From positions 1-64,000 of the forward strand of contig NOWV01000287.1 of NCBI GenBank assembly GCA_003344405.1: a stretch of 64,000 nt of DNA, written 5' to 3'. The notes under the pieces were generated by a model. That model saw only the letters and a program-made list of their open reading frames with translations, made no database searches and was not told where the DNA came from. Of the stretch, positions 40,600 through 52,900 are shown piece by piece (the first letter of the stretch is position 1; the number at the start of each line of letters is the position of its first letter). The position numbers and the translations under genes were made by a program. Source of the DNA: Trichoplax sp. H2. Taxonomy: Eukaryota.

Positions 40600-43500
40600 A
40601 ATAATCATTCAAAGATTTTAAATTTTAAGTAGATAATTTGGAGGCTACTGGTAGAAAGTATGCTACGAAAAATTATTGCAGCTTTAAACGTCAATGAAAA
40701 GTTTATGTCTGAAAATCTCTGTTCAAGCGATAATTTTTTAAATCATGACTCTGCAAGTTTACAAAAAATATATTGCTTTGCTATTCTGTAAAAGTTATTT
40801 TTTTGCTGAACAATACAGCTCTACTTCATTATTTTCGATATATTTGCGAATGAAATAGTTCCAATGCTAAAATCTTTTAGCTAAGGATATTAGTGCTATT
40901 TCCAAGCAGATTTTTATTAATGGATTAATAAAAGCATAAAGTAGTTGAATAGAACCGCATTGTACTTTACCTTATGGAGAGATTTTTTCTCTTAAATGAT
41001 AAAATTAATCACGTACTCTTTCGGATATACAGAAGTATTAGTTTCATATTCATATATGTATAAGAATTAACATAAATGTATTTTTGATATAGCATAAGCA
41101 ATCTACCCGCATAAATTTACGTAACAGATAGTATCATCCGCGATCCAGTAAGGTATATAAGAACTTAAAGACTATTCATTATGAAAGTATCATCAATTAA
41201 AAGCTTTAGATGGCAAGTAGTATTGATATAAGTCTGGGATAAAATAAAAATATAATTCATGATACACCTGTTATCTAAAATTATATATTTCTTCAGTGCA
41301 AGACAAAAGCTCTGTATTAAAATTGAGCAATAGTTCAATATTCTCAGGAAACAATCAACTCTGCGCGATATAGCAGACTATGTAATATCAATACATGTAA
41401 TATTTAAGTTGTATCGATGATGAATATTGCATTATAACTACTCTATCAGGCATGCATCTAGATAAGAGGATCATGTTGTCGTATTAACCGTTCTAATACC
41501 ACATTTTGAACTATTATTTCTGACATATCAACAGAAAATTATCTCATAAACCAAAGCTAGGTAACTGTTAAAAATAGCTCGTAAAACAATTGATAGCCTC
41601 AGATACTTTCTCCTATACATGTATTGTCCTTAGCTAGTCAACGTTTCAAAAAATCTCTACTGATCAATAGATTGAAATCACAACAACATTTACTGGAAAT
41701 CGGTTATTATAACTGATTAGTACTATTGATATTTCCATGATTATTAAGTCAATAATGACAGACTGAATATTTACTAGACTTTATATAATGTCTGCATTCC
41801 TGCGTTAAGTAGCAATATATAATCTTTCAATTTCCCGTTTGATGCCTTCTAACATTTAATATCTTTAGCGCTAATTTGAAAATATAGTATTCTTCCATTT
41901 TATCTTACTATTAGCTGACAAAACAAATTTTGACTAGAAATTCCTGGATAAAATACATGATAGAAAAATACGTGCAACTCAGCTAAATAACTGTAATATT
42001 GTTATTCTTGTAAAGATGAATATAACTCGTTCTGCAAGTACAAGATTTCAAATGGTATTGATTTTATCACATAGAAATATACTGTATTTCTAGTAAGAAA
42101 GTCTAATTGCAGTTTGCTAGTGAGCGGAAATAGATTAAATTTATAAGAACAGACATTATTTAGAATTATTGAAATGTCGATGACATGTAATGACTCATCC
42201 ATCTTAAGATGTCAAAGTGCAGTTACACTTATCGAACATTCAATTCAATTTATTGATATATTGATCGGTTCAAAATGAACTATTTCAACTTCATACCATT
42301 CATGCAAACTAAACCAGCATTAAAGTAAACTATTGAACGTATAGCTAGCAATCTAAGACACCAGCCTCTAAATAGTCTTTGTTCGTAAAGATTTATAATT
42401 GAAATCTGCACGATGGAAATAGCTGACTAAATAGAGACCATCAAACTTGCGTACTAAATACAACCATTAGTTTCTAGGTATGAATTATTTTCTATCAAAG
42501 ACACTATTCCGATTGAATAACAATACTTTCCTTTGTTATATTCTAATAATGTGGTAAAAAGGGATAATTGAACATAGTTTCTAAAACGAATGTTTTGTCC
42601 GTTAGACTTGCTAGAATAGAAATGGTAGGTCTAAATATATTTGATTTGCTGAAGTCGTATGCTTTATATCATCGATAGGATTTTATTTCTTTCAAATAAT
42701 GCATGAATTACAAATATGGCATTTGAGATGATCTATACAGTTTTTTTTATTAGAAATGGCGATATTGCAACAGTATTGAGATATAGTCTATTTCAAGGTA
42801 ATAAAATTTTGGTGACCGATATTTAAAATTCGGCGGTCCTATAAAAATTACTTAACAATTTAATAAGATAAGGCTTTAATTGTTGCCTTCTACGAAGTCT
42901 AATTTCTAAAGTAAATCACAAGTATTAATTGTTTTTTTATTCAATTAAAGGCCATGAAATGGAAGTATTTTCTTTTTATAACAGTTCAAAATGAATGTAA
43001 TGCTTTTTGTTAGTTATTATCTAATATGCATTTATTACACGTTAATCTAAATCCAACATTAATGGTAATCATGTTTTGAATGACAGAATTTTTCTTTCTA
43101 TGCAAGAAATATTGGCAAATCCTTAGTTAATGTAGCATATCTTAATGTATATATTTTAAAAATTTTTCTGTAGTACAATATGATTGAAGGTTATATTAGC
43201 ATATTAACTTTTCCACGGCCAACATCAGTGCAGTTAGGTATGTTCATGAATTCATCACGGCATTTATCTACTGCATGAGAGAAAACTTCTCGATACTCGA
43301 TCTTGACAGAAGAGTAATAGTTTCTTCGATGTTACGAATTATCTAAGCTATGGCTTGATTAATATTTAAGTAAATATAGCTAATATTAAAATTTCTAGAC
43401 TCTTCGAATTCCAAAAAAATCATGAATAAAATATTCTTATGACAACATTTACCTTTACATTAGAACCTCTTATTGACAAGGTGCTAAAATTGCTAACGGT

Positions 43501-43600
43501 AAACAATTTTTCATTTCCTAGATGATAATTTTCTTCCCGTTTCTTTTATCATAACGATGGACAGCTCATTCGGAATGTCAAACATGCTGAATAACAAATC
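40600..43600 (+). pseudogene. Decayed LGR remnant 6
   Basis: LRR-like NLLAKDISAISKQIFINGL (40871) and LSNSSIFSGNNQL (41323); TM3-end-like LTI**DKALIVAFY (42852); TM7-like NFLPVSFII (43527). Confidence 0.45.
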
Positions 43601-44049
43601 TATGGTTATGCAGAAATTGAAGAAGGGAAAAAATTTGCATGAGTATCATACTATTAGAATTAGAAATTTAATATAGCTATAGCTAATTATTGTATAACCT
43701 ATCGCGTACGATAGAATATTAACATAGTATGTTATCTTACCTGTTATGTCTCCAGAAAGTCTACTACCCTAGATCAAAATGTAGAAATTAAAGTCCATTA
43801 ATAATTAATCAAGTTTACCTACCTAATAAGTTATAGTTGGGTGAAAATATAAAATATTGAAGTGATCACGCAGTAACAATTGCAATTCACTCGTTTTATA
43901 ATAGGTAGATCAATGCATTGCATTATATTAAAGCTTTATGGAAAAACAAGACTAATTAAACAATTCGTAATCAATATTTAAAATTTTGAACATGGAATTT
44001 ATAGCACCAACAATGTAAAAAGGGGTTGTTTTAATGATATGCCTATTAT

Positions 44050-47000
44050 TTTTATCAATAGGTAGAAATCACGCCACTAATGGATTCTTTGCAATGGGAG
44101 ACAATAATAATCGAAAGTATAAATTGATTCCCTTTATTTGATTCCATCCAATCAGAGTAAAGTGGAATGGTTACTGCTGTTGCTGTCCATTACTAACGAA
44201 TAAAGTAAAAAAGATAAAATGTACAATTGTTTGCTTACTCTAGCCGAACATTAATACTATCAACAATTAACTAAGTCTTGATTGCTTCCAATATTGCCTT
44301 AGATTAATCTTCTGATAACTTCAGCTATAATATCAGGAAGTACCCTAACAACAGTAATCACAGCAGACATTCTAAACGAATGGACTAAAATTATATCAAC
44401 AGACTTTAGAGAAAGATGTAAATTTTAATTTGCATCATCTTAAGCAGATGGATTGATATCATTTGTAGATTGTTAATTTGGAAATTTTTTAAATTGATAA
44501 ATCTATTTTAGAAAGAACAAAGCAATAACGTGACTAAAAAGTATAGATACACTATCAATAGCCATGAAAATAAAAGTAGATTGGTTGAACTGTGTAACCT
44601 TTGAGAATGTAAATTCTACAGATGATAATTTTATATCAAATCGTCTTTCTATCCTATTTTTCTTTTCTTTTTTCTAGGTATACGAATCATATGTTGCTGA
44701 TTAAAAATCTCCTTCTTGTAGTATAATGATAAAGGGAATTTCACTACTCACTAGTCATAAATAAGCTGGTAATCTTGCCGTAAAAATAGGTCATTTGAAG
44801 AAATCTGTAATAGAAAAACACGTAGATGAGAATTTAATAGTATAGAAAGCTTCTTTTTAGGTCAAGGTGATAAAATGGTTGGAAATTATTTACAAGGATA
44901 GATGGTCTAAAATCAAGACCATGAACATAGCTTCAAAAGCAACAGAACCATTTTATTCAAGTTTTTCTTATAAATATGTGTAAATGAAAGGGCAATATTA
45001 ACAGTATTAATATATTATATCTATCTTACACATATTCAATGAGCATTATCGTATGAAATAAAATTTCCTTTCTCTTACGACTATTGAGTTGTTAGTGCTG
45101 TAATAATGTCTTCTAGCTACATGATAATGGTATATATTTATCTATACAGGATGTTATCAATAGTTGCTAGGATAAATGTTGTAGTAGTTGACATTTTTGA
45201 AGCTAGCATTTGATGCACAGGCAATCGGCAATGTCATTAATATAAAGCAAAATCTTACATAGAATCAATGAAATGTTACTCATTTGGATAGATACACTTG
45301 TATTATATTTACTATGAAGCATTTTGGTTGTTACAGGATAGCAATTTCTTCCCTTATACGAATACTCAATTTTGAATAAGATTCCTGATGTATTCTAGTT
45401 GCAAAATACTATTATGGCATCAATTATGCACGAGGTATAACTTCAATATCTGCTCAGATATGTAGTACTTTTCTCAATTTTTTAAAGTTAATTCTGCAAA
45501 ATAAGCTACAGCAACAGCTAAACATGAGATATTAAAATTTTAAAAATCGTACAAATATCTTAAATTTACATTATAAGTACTTTATACCTTCAATATATTT
45601 TAAAGTAATCATGTCTGCTAGCATAGGTTGAACCTTTAGGTCCTATTTTTCGCATATTATTGAATATGGGTATTAGTTTATGTTGGACGCTCTACTTGGT
45701 ATGTTGTCAATTAGATATAGTCCATTCACTAGATTAAAACACTTAAACTTCCACTGCAGTCTTCAAGATTTTATGAAGGTTATGTCTAGAATCATAGATT
45801 ATGCTGCGAAATGTTCTTAAATGATACGTTAGATTTTATAGATATATACAGTAGATATCGTAATGTAATTTTAATTCAGTAGCTATGAATTGCTGCACAC
45901 CTTCTCTTGACCTTCACATTCTCCGTTATAGCATCCAAGTGCAAAAGAAGGCATTCATTTACATTACAATTAAATTAACCAGCGTACGCCCAGCTTGTAA
46001 TATTACTGATAGGTATAGACGAGAAAACGGTTTAATAAAAGTATACTTATTTCTATCTAAACCCCAGCGATTTTAATGCTGTCAATATTTTTACATCGCT
46101 AGGTAACCTCTCATTTACCTCACTTTCGCAATAGATTGACGCACGAGTATTCCTTATTAATCTTTAATAAAAGGTTGCATCTTTTTGATCGAATGATATT
46201 AATTAACACCAACTTTATTAATCACAGTACCAACGATAATAATGAAATTCAAAAATTTATATGCTCAAATACGTATATATTTATCATTATTATTCATTAT
46301 TACTTCATCTAAAATTATATTACTGTGTTTTATTTTAAATTAATATAATTTATATGTCACAAGATTAAATTACCAACAAGAATTAAAAAGGATATTATTT
46401 TAAAATTATGGATAAGGTATTTAAGGTTCTTTAACTATCTAGTGCAACGTTAAGTAATCTTAACAGTAGCAACGTTTTTAAAGAATTATACTACAGGCAA
46501 AAGAATATTTAATATAAACGTATTTACCTTATGTATGTATATTGACTAAATGCCATGAATGTAATAGCATCTGAGAAAATTGTTAAGTGAGATCTTTAGG
46601 TATGCCAGCTGAAATGCTAACAAAATTTTATGCTTAATTTAAAATTAAATGATTATAAATAATAATTTAAAGATTATATTTCATTAATTATTTTAAGCTT
46701 AGGCTGTAATTTAATATATTCGGTAGTTTCGCACCACTTAATATATTAAAAAATGACATTACTTGACCTGTATCACTCGGACTTGTTTCTAATTATATTA
46801 TAGCAAATTTATCTTCTGCATTAATAAGAAATTGCGTATATATTATGAAGCATGAAAATCTGAAGTCTTGCAATAACTAGTTTGATCTGATAAAAAAATT
46901 GAATAATGCGAGTATTTTAGCCATTGCATAGTAATTGATTTCAAAATTTGATAGAGTATAAGCTAATTTAAAAAAAAAATACGCTTATATAGCGTTATCG

Positions 47001-48900
47001 AGTAGCCGAATTGAATACAGTCAAAATTTTGTATGAGTTCTTTCTCATTCTGGTGACATTAACTCTTCCTATCGAATTAATCAATTATCTTCGTTCGTCC
47101 AAAAAAGTAACTTTTTCTCGCACTGAATTAATCATACCTGAAGATCATCACCAAAGAGGTTCTATATCCAGCTATCATGACTTAAGCAAATAACCTGAAG
47201 ATACCTGGCACCTCTAGGACGTTTACGTATAATAGAGATGTAATGATCACTTGTAAATTTTCATACGTTTTGATGCATTTTCTAGGAGTATTTAATTTTA
47301 AGTTTGCGTAACTTAAGAAATTACAATTGAAATTGGGAGCGATATTGGTATGGGCTAATAAGATAGATATTTTACGCTTTAATTGATATACAATACTTGG
47401 CTTATTCATGCGTGAACATATTACTATAACAAAATTAAATGCTAAAATGATATAATCACAATTTTACAGTGTTCACTGTATTTTATGCTTGATATCAATG
47501 CGTAACGTTATGCTTCAGGATCAATTAACTATCAGAACTATTTGACTAGTTAATAATAAGAAATTACTATTAGCTATTACTGAGGTAATCTTGCTATTTA
47601 GGTATGCATGTATGATTTAAGTTGTGTGTGATATATACCAATCACGAAATTCCAAATTTTAGAAAAATAAGGGCTTTATTGAATCTTATACAAAGATTAA
47701 CTACACAGCTCTACTCTAGCCGAATACTACTTCTAAAGACTTCTAGAACGAACTAACAGAATAATCTAAAGTTGCATGCTTTTATACTTTCCGTAGCATT
47801 CGCAGCTACAATCCGCATGGCAACCTTTTACCTTATTTTACACATAGTTAATTATTCTTAGTAAGACTATTCTACTGCGGACCATCATTAATCCAATATG
47901 GATACGACTACAGTACTTACGTAGATATTATTCACACCAGCCAAAGTACAATGAATTAACCATATCCTAATATATGATTTACAGTTCTATTTTTACCTAT
48001 AGCCATATTAGTAACTCAACAGCTTACTGTATATAGTCATCTGTACTCTAGCATAGCGTCTCTACCACTACAGTCTATAGTTACAGCTACCAAATATCTC
48101 TTAGGATAAATATCTACCGTACATTATACTACACATGGCTAACAGTCTACAATCACAATACTAAGTTACATGACATTGCGATACTAACAATTTTAATGCA
48201 ATGCAAAATATATGCGTATATTATCAAATTACATGAAGTAAGGATAATTTATCGATCTTTAGTTAATAAATATTGCAAAACAACGTCGTTTTAGGTTTGA
48301 AATTCAGAATCGATTTATTGTGTAACTTGATCTTAAATGCTCAAATGGAATGGGCATTGACAGTTGTTTGCATAGCAAAATCCTTTCTTATAAATACAGT
48401 TACGTTTATATCTAAGCGCTAATTTAAAAACATAGCTATTTACCGAAAGGCAATTTTTTTTCCACCATTTTTGACATTAATAATCATTATAAAATAATCA
48501 GTTCTAGATGTAATCGTAGCTCCTCAGTTGGATTTCTGTTTCTACGAAGCTGCTACTACGTATGACAGCTAAATAAAATTCCGAATAGTTGATCCGAACG
48601 TAGGATTAATAGAGTTATAAATGAGTGTTTTTGAGAATACCAATCACAGGAATAACATGGTATAAGGCTTGGTGATTAAATAAGTAATATTTAAGATTAA
48701 TATGAAAATGGTGATATCGAAATGGAGTCAGTTATACGGATATTAAAATTGGAACTGATGATAAAGAAGGAAAATTAAGTAAACAATATATTATAATGAC
48801 TTTAAGGAATTTAATTTGACATTTTCATTCTACCATGTTCCGCTTTGAGTCATTATTCAATAATGTAGAAATATTACTGGTAGTATTACTGTACTGCGAA
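44050..48900 (+). pseudogene. Decayed GRL101/RXFP-like LGR remnant 7 (Cys-rich N-terminal modules, LRR, 7TM)
   Basis: Cys-rich CTGNRQC...NVTHLDR (~45214-45292); LRR-like NNLKIPGTSRTFTY (~47189); TM2-like KLHAFILSVAFAATIRMATFYLILHIVN (47769); ECL2/TM5-like DLLCNL..EWALTVV (48312); TM7 IFILPCSALSH (48821; compare RXFP1 IFILPINSALNP). Confidence 0.6.
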
Positions 48901-49028
48901 CAATTTGATATAGAGTAAGAGTAGATTGTGAGATGACGAAAGAGTTAGATTGCCATCCTTGCTATAGTAAACAATAGGGTTGGATCGAGGTAAGCATTAT
49001 TTACTTTAGCTAGAATATATTTTAAATT

Positions 49029-49886
49029 TTAATAATCATCCTCGTCATCTTCCTCATTATCATCATTTTCGTTATCATTATCATTTTCATCATTATCATC
49101 TTCATCATCTTCATCATCTTCATCATCTTCATCATTTTCATCGTCTTCATCATCTTCATCATCATAGTAATAATCATCTACATCATCGTCGTTGTCCTGA
49201 TAGAAGAACCGGTCTTGATGTTTAATGTGTTGATGTGGTTGATCTTGTTGCTGCTGTTGCTGCTGTACTGCAGTTTGGACACGATCTGTTGATTGATAAC
49301 CACGAACTAAAGCTGCTGTTGCAGATGGTGGTTTATTCAGCAAATGATGCCTTTTTTTCCAACGATAAAGCCACATATTGGAAGCTTTAAAATCGGGTAT
49401 ACCCGTTTTATGTGCAATATATAATGCAATTTGTTGTAAGTCTTTATTCTTGACTCTTTGACCAGCAGATCGTTGCTGATAATAATAATTGAGCACACCT
49501 TCTTCAATTTCTCGAGAGCGAACTTGTCTTGAAAATTCAACTTTTCGCCGTCGTTTTTGCAGATCACCACTCATTTTTTTCAATTTATCATAGGTGTAAT
49601 TCCATTCACGTACACGTTTACGATCGATGCCAAATTCTGTTGCAATTTTAGATACATTTTGCTGATTGGAATGGCGAAAAGCTTCCACTACATGGACTTT
49701 AAATTCGATAGTATAGGAACTACGACGACGTTTGGTACAGCGATGGGCTGGATAATTGGATGTAGTTGCATTTGCTGATATTGCCGATGATGTCATCGTT
49801 GGTTGAGGTGGTGCTGATGATGGTAAGTAATTTGTAATATTGGGATCGTTATTATTAACAAATTGGTACATCATTAACATTTTCAT
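49029..49886 (-). CDS. Pogo/Tigger/CENP-B-type DNA-binding protein (Brinker-like HTH + CENP-B/Tc5 HTH), poly-Q, D/E-rich tail, no DDE domain
   Basis: Intact 285-aa single-exon ORF. RRSSYTIEFKVHVVE..SKIATEFGIDRKRVREW is the first HTH; EIEEGVLNYY..QRSAGQRV..LQQIAL..FKASNMWLYRWKKRH is the CENP-B-type HTH. Confidence 0.85.
   Translation of the reverse strand: MKMLMMYQFVNNNDPNITNYLPSSAPPQPTMTSSAISANATTSNYPAHRCTKRRRSSYTIEFKVHVVEAFRHSNQQNVSKIATEFGIDRKRVREWNYTYDKLKKMSGDLQKRRRKVEFSRQVRSREIEEGVLNYYYQQRSAGQRVKNKDLQQIALYIAHKTGIPDFKASNMWLYRWKKRHHLLNKPPSATAALVRGYQSTDRVQTAVQQQQQQQDQPHQHIKHQDRFFYQDNDDDVDDYYYDDEDDEDDENDEDDEDDEDDEDDNDENDNDNENDDNEEDDEDDY
49032..49195 (-). repeat. Coding GAT/GAA trinucleotide-type repeat (acidic tail)
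   Basis: (tcatcatct)n arrays on the plus strand encode DEDDED on the minus strand. Confidence 0.9.
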
Positions 49887-49976
49887 TTCAATATTATCAA
49901 ATGTATGTATGAATAGAAATAATGCCGCATAAATTGTTGGCAGGGTTTATAAGTACTTGACTCTTCTCTCGCACAC

Positions 49977-49982
49977 TTTATA
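49977..49982 (-). promoter_or_regulatory. Candidate TATA box of the HTH gene
   Basis: TATAAA on the minus strand ~90 bp upstream of ATG 49886, flanked by GA-rich tracts. The AT-rich background makes this weak. Confidence 0.3.
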
Positions 49983-52900
49983 CGTGTCTTTCTTTCTTTC
50001 TTTCTCTTTCACTTTCCTACCTTGACGAGAGACGTTGTTAATGTGTCCCAATAGATTGCCTGCGGCTGATATTAATAAGGTTATAGTATCCAAGTGGGTG
50101 TAGATCTAATGCTATGTGGTCAAGTTCATCCTCCGACAATGATAACAATATCAAGGGGAGGTTTATAAAAACAACAACTATCATCATCCCTCCAGACTCT
50201 TTATTCATGTAACGAAGTCTTTTACCTATTCTAATTTGAATCTTGTCTGTAATAACAAGACAATACTTATCGTTAACAATCGACATCACCATCATTGATT
50301 TAATCATTCACATGTAGAAAATGGCCAAGTTAATTGAATTGGTAGGCATCATCCACCTTTAAATATAAATTTATAAGCGATATGATATTGTTCTACACAA
50401 TATGAGTACAATCAATGGATTTGAAAGTAGCCTTTATATTGAATACCAACCAGTAACAACAGACGATAAAATCAATCGTTAAATCAAAATAAAAGTTGAA
50501 ATAAAAAATAAAATAAAGAGATATCTTCAATTCCATCCATGATTAGGTACAACTTTAGTACCATCTAATTTTTGTCCACATAGCTAAAATAGGCGAATCA
50601 TGACTATTCAGGTTATCTGCATAATTTGATGGTAATTGTGTTTGTTAACTAGCACTTATAAAATAAGACTATAAAACAGATTACATCGATGATGCTTAGC
50701 AGTGAAGAGGATACTGGAGCAAATAGATGTAGAGTATCACCAGTAATAAGTTTAGAATTATAAAAATTGTTTTTGCTTCTTCCACCAAAGATATTCGATA
50801 ATTACTGTAGACCAAGCTATCTCATAAATGCCATATTAATTTAGCTAATCGGTTATCATAGACTAACATTTTCTTTTGTCTTTCTATCTGCCCCTTTTGT
50901 AAGGAAAGAATTATTATTGGCAATATTTTGCAACGCTTATTGGCCATTTCTACATACTTTACTTTTATTATTTTCTTCCATAACTATGGCCAGACAAATC
51001 AGTGATATTCATCAAAATGTAAATCAAATATATTTCAATGAATCAACTATTTCCTGATTCACAGTTGTCAAGTGGTAAATCAATGGAATCACAAGTTGCA
51101 CAACATAAGCAATAACAACAACTATTCAACATCTTTCCGATATACTATTAATCAATCATAGGCGTGCATAATTTGAATTTATACATTGAATTATATCATT
51201 ATAGCTTGTATTTCATGCATAAACTAACAATGTTAAACGATGAAGGGAATTGTTTAAAAAAGTGACAGCTATAGACTCAATTTGTAGCCATCTCTTTGAT
51301 GCTTCTACTTGGTCGTTAAAGTGACCTTCATCATGGAGCTGTACCTTAATTGCAATCTAACATCAAAATGGCTAAAATTGCATAATTTATTGCATCTGTG
51401 GGAGTTGCGTGGGAGTCATTGAAATTCTTTTCCTTCGCCTAAAGGCCAAGAACTATGAACAAACGGTCTAGATAGGTAGTTAACTTGACAAATCGATATT
51501 ATTCTGACTGATTGCAGAAATCGAATCGATTTGAATAATATCGTATTATTCCCCTGCCATACAAATTGCAATCTATGCCTATTGAATTGGACTTTGCTTT
51601 CACATATGGTGCAAAAATTGTCTGATTCTTTTCACATCGATTGGAAAGCGACAACAAGTTATTTCGTGGGTGTTATGCTTTAATCTTAATCTGCCTTAAG
51701 GTAGATTTAAAATTGAAATTAACCTATTAATTGAAACCTCATTTATATACAGGGTAAATATGGAATAATACTGATAGCTTGATACCCTGATTGAATTTTA
51801 TTTTTCTTCTTTCGTACTTTCATTTTTGTCTCTCTCCTCTGAAATCGCATTTTTCGCTGGAGAGAAATACGATCCTGACCATTTCATAACTTATCTATAA
51901 ACGGAAAATAATTTACGCTATACTTGATACAGTAAATTCCTTATTCAATTAATGATCTTCTCCCGTCTCCAAACTCCCCCCTTTCTCCCTAAAAAAATGT
52001 AAATATTTTACTTCCTAAAAGGATTAATCAATTAATCAAATAGTCAATAATGAGTAATTTTTGATGGTGAAGCTATCTTAGATTCGTATCTTACCTTAAC
52101 GGCAGTATCTCAGGTTGAAATTATTGCGTATTATAGTATTATAATCGACTTTTACCTATAACTAAATCTATGGTTAGGATACAAAAATTATAATTAAAAT
52201 ATCATTTTGTTAATTCAGATCAATATCGAAAAACGATATCCGCAAATTATTAATTATATAAAGAAAGAAGAGTTTATTACACACTCTAAAATGTTATATC
52301 CGCAAAGAAATCTCATTTCTACACTCTTAAACATTCTTTAAGCTCATATTTATTCTAAGGATAATACTGACAGCACTTTGAACACACTTGGGATTATAAT
52401 ATCCTTAGAAATTTCTTAAAACAGCATTGACGGTGTCAGGTACAGCATGTTGTTTCTACTATAAATTAAATGAGTAGGGAAGATTGGAAATAATAAGAGG
52501 AATGATGACGAAAGATTTCAAATCCGGAGTTAAAACTACATTGTTAATACACGTATTATTTCAAGTGCTTTCTCTCCTTCTCTCAGGCAGCCACTTAAAA
52601 TAAATTACCATAAGTAAAATGATTTGTGTTTACATCAGCATATTATCTAGTTAATCTGCTTAGATAAGTTTTGTAATTTTGAAGGTAACAATTTTAAAAT
52701 GTAGAAATAATTTAACAGTAAGCTATAGTATTATGGCTAGCAATAACAATAAAATAATCAGACAACAAAGATAATAAGTAGTAATCAGGTAAAAAATTAA
52801 ATCTCAGGTCTAAAGTTTGTCTTGCGATTAAAATATTATTATGATATAATCACCGATTTCAAAACAAAATTAATTTAACCATGAAAGAAACATCTGCAAG

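Noticed and set aside
43450..45950. Minus-strand multi-exon gene suggested by several good splice-like signals (43452, 43740, 44751, 45588)
   Set aside because: I could not join them into an open, recognisable protein; plus-strand readings fit LGR remnants better.
49029..49886. Active pogo/Tigger transposon
   Set aside because: No DDE domain and no terminal inverted repeats found by eye.
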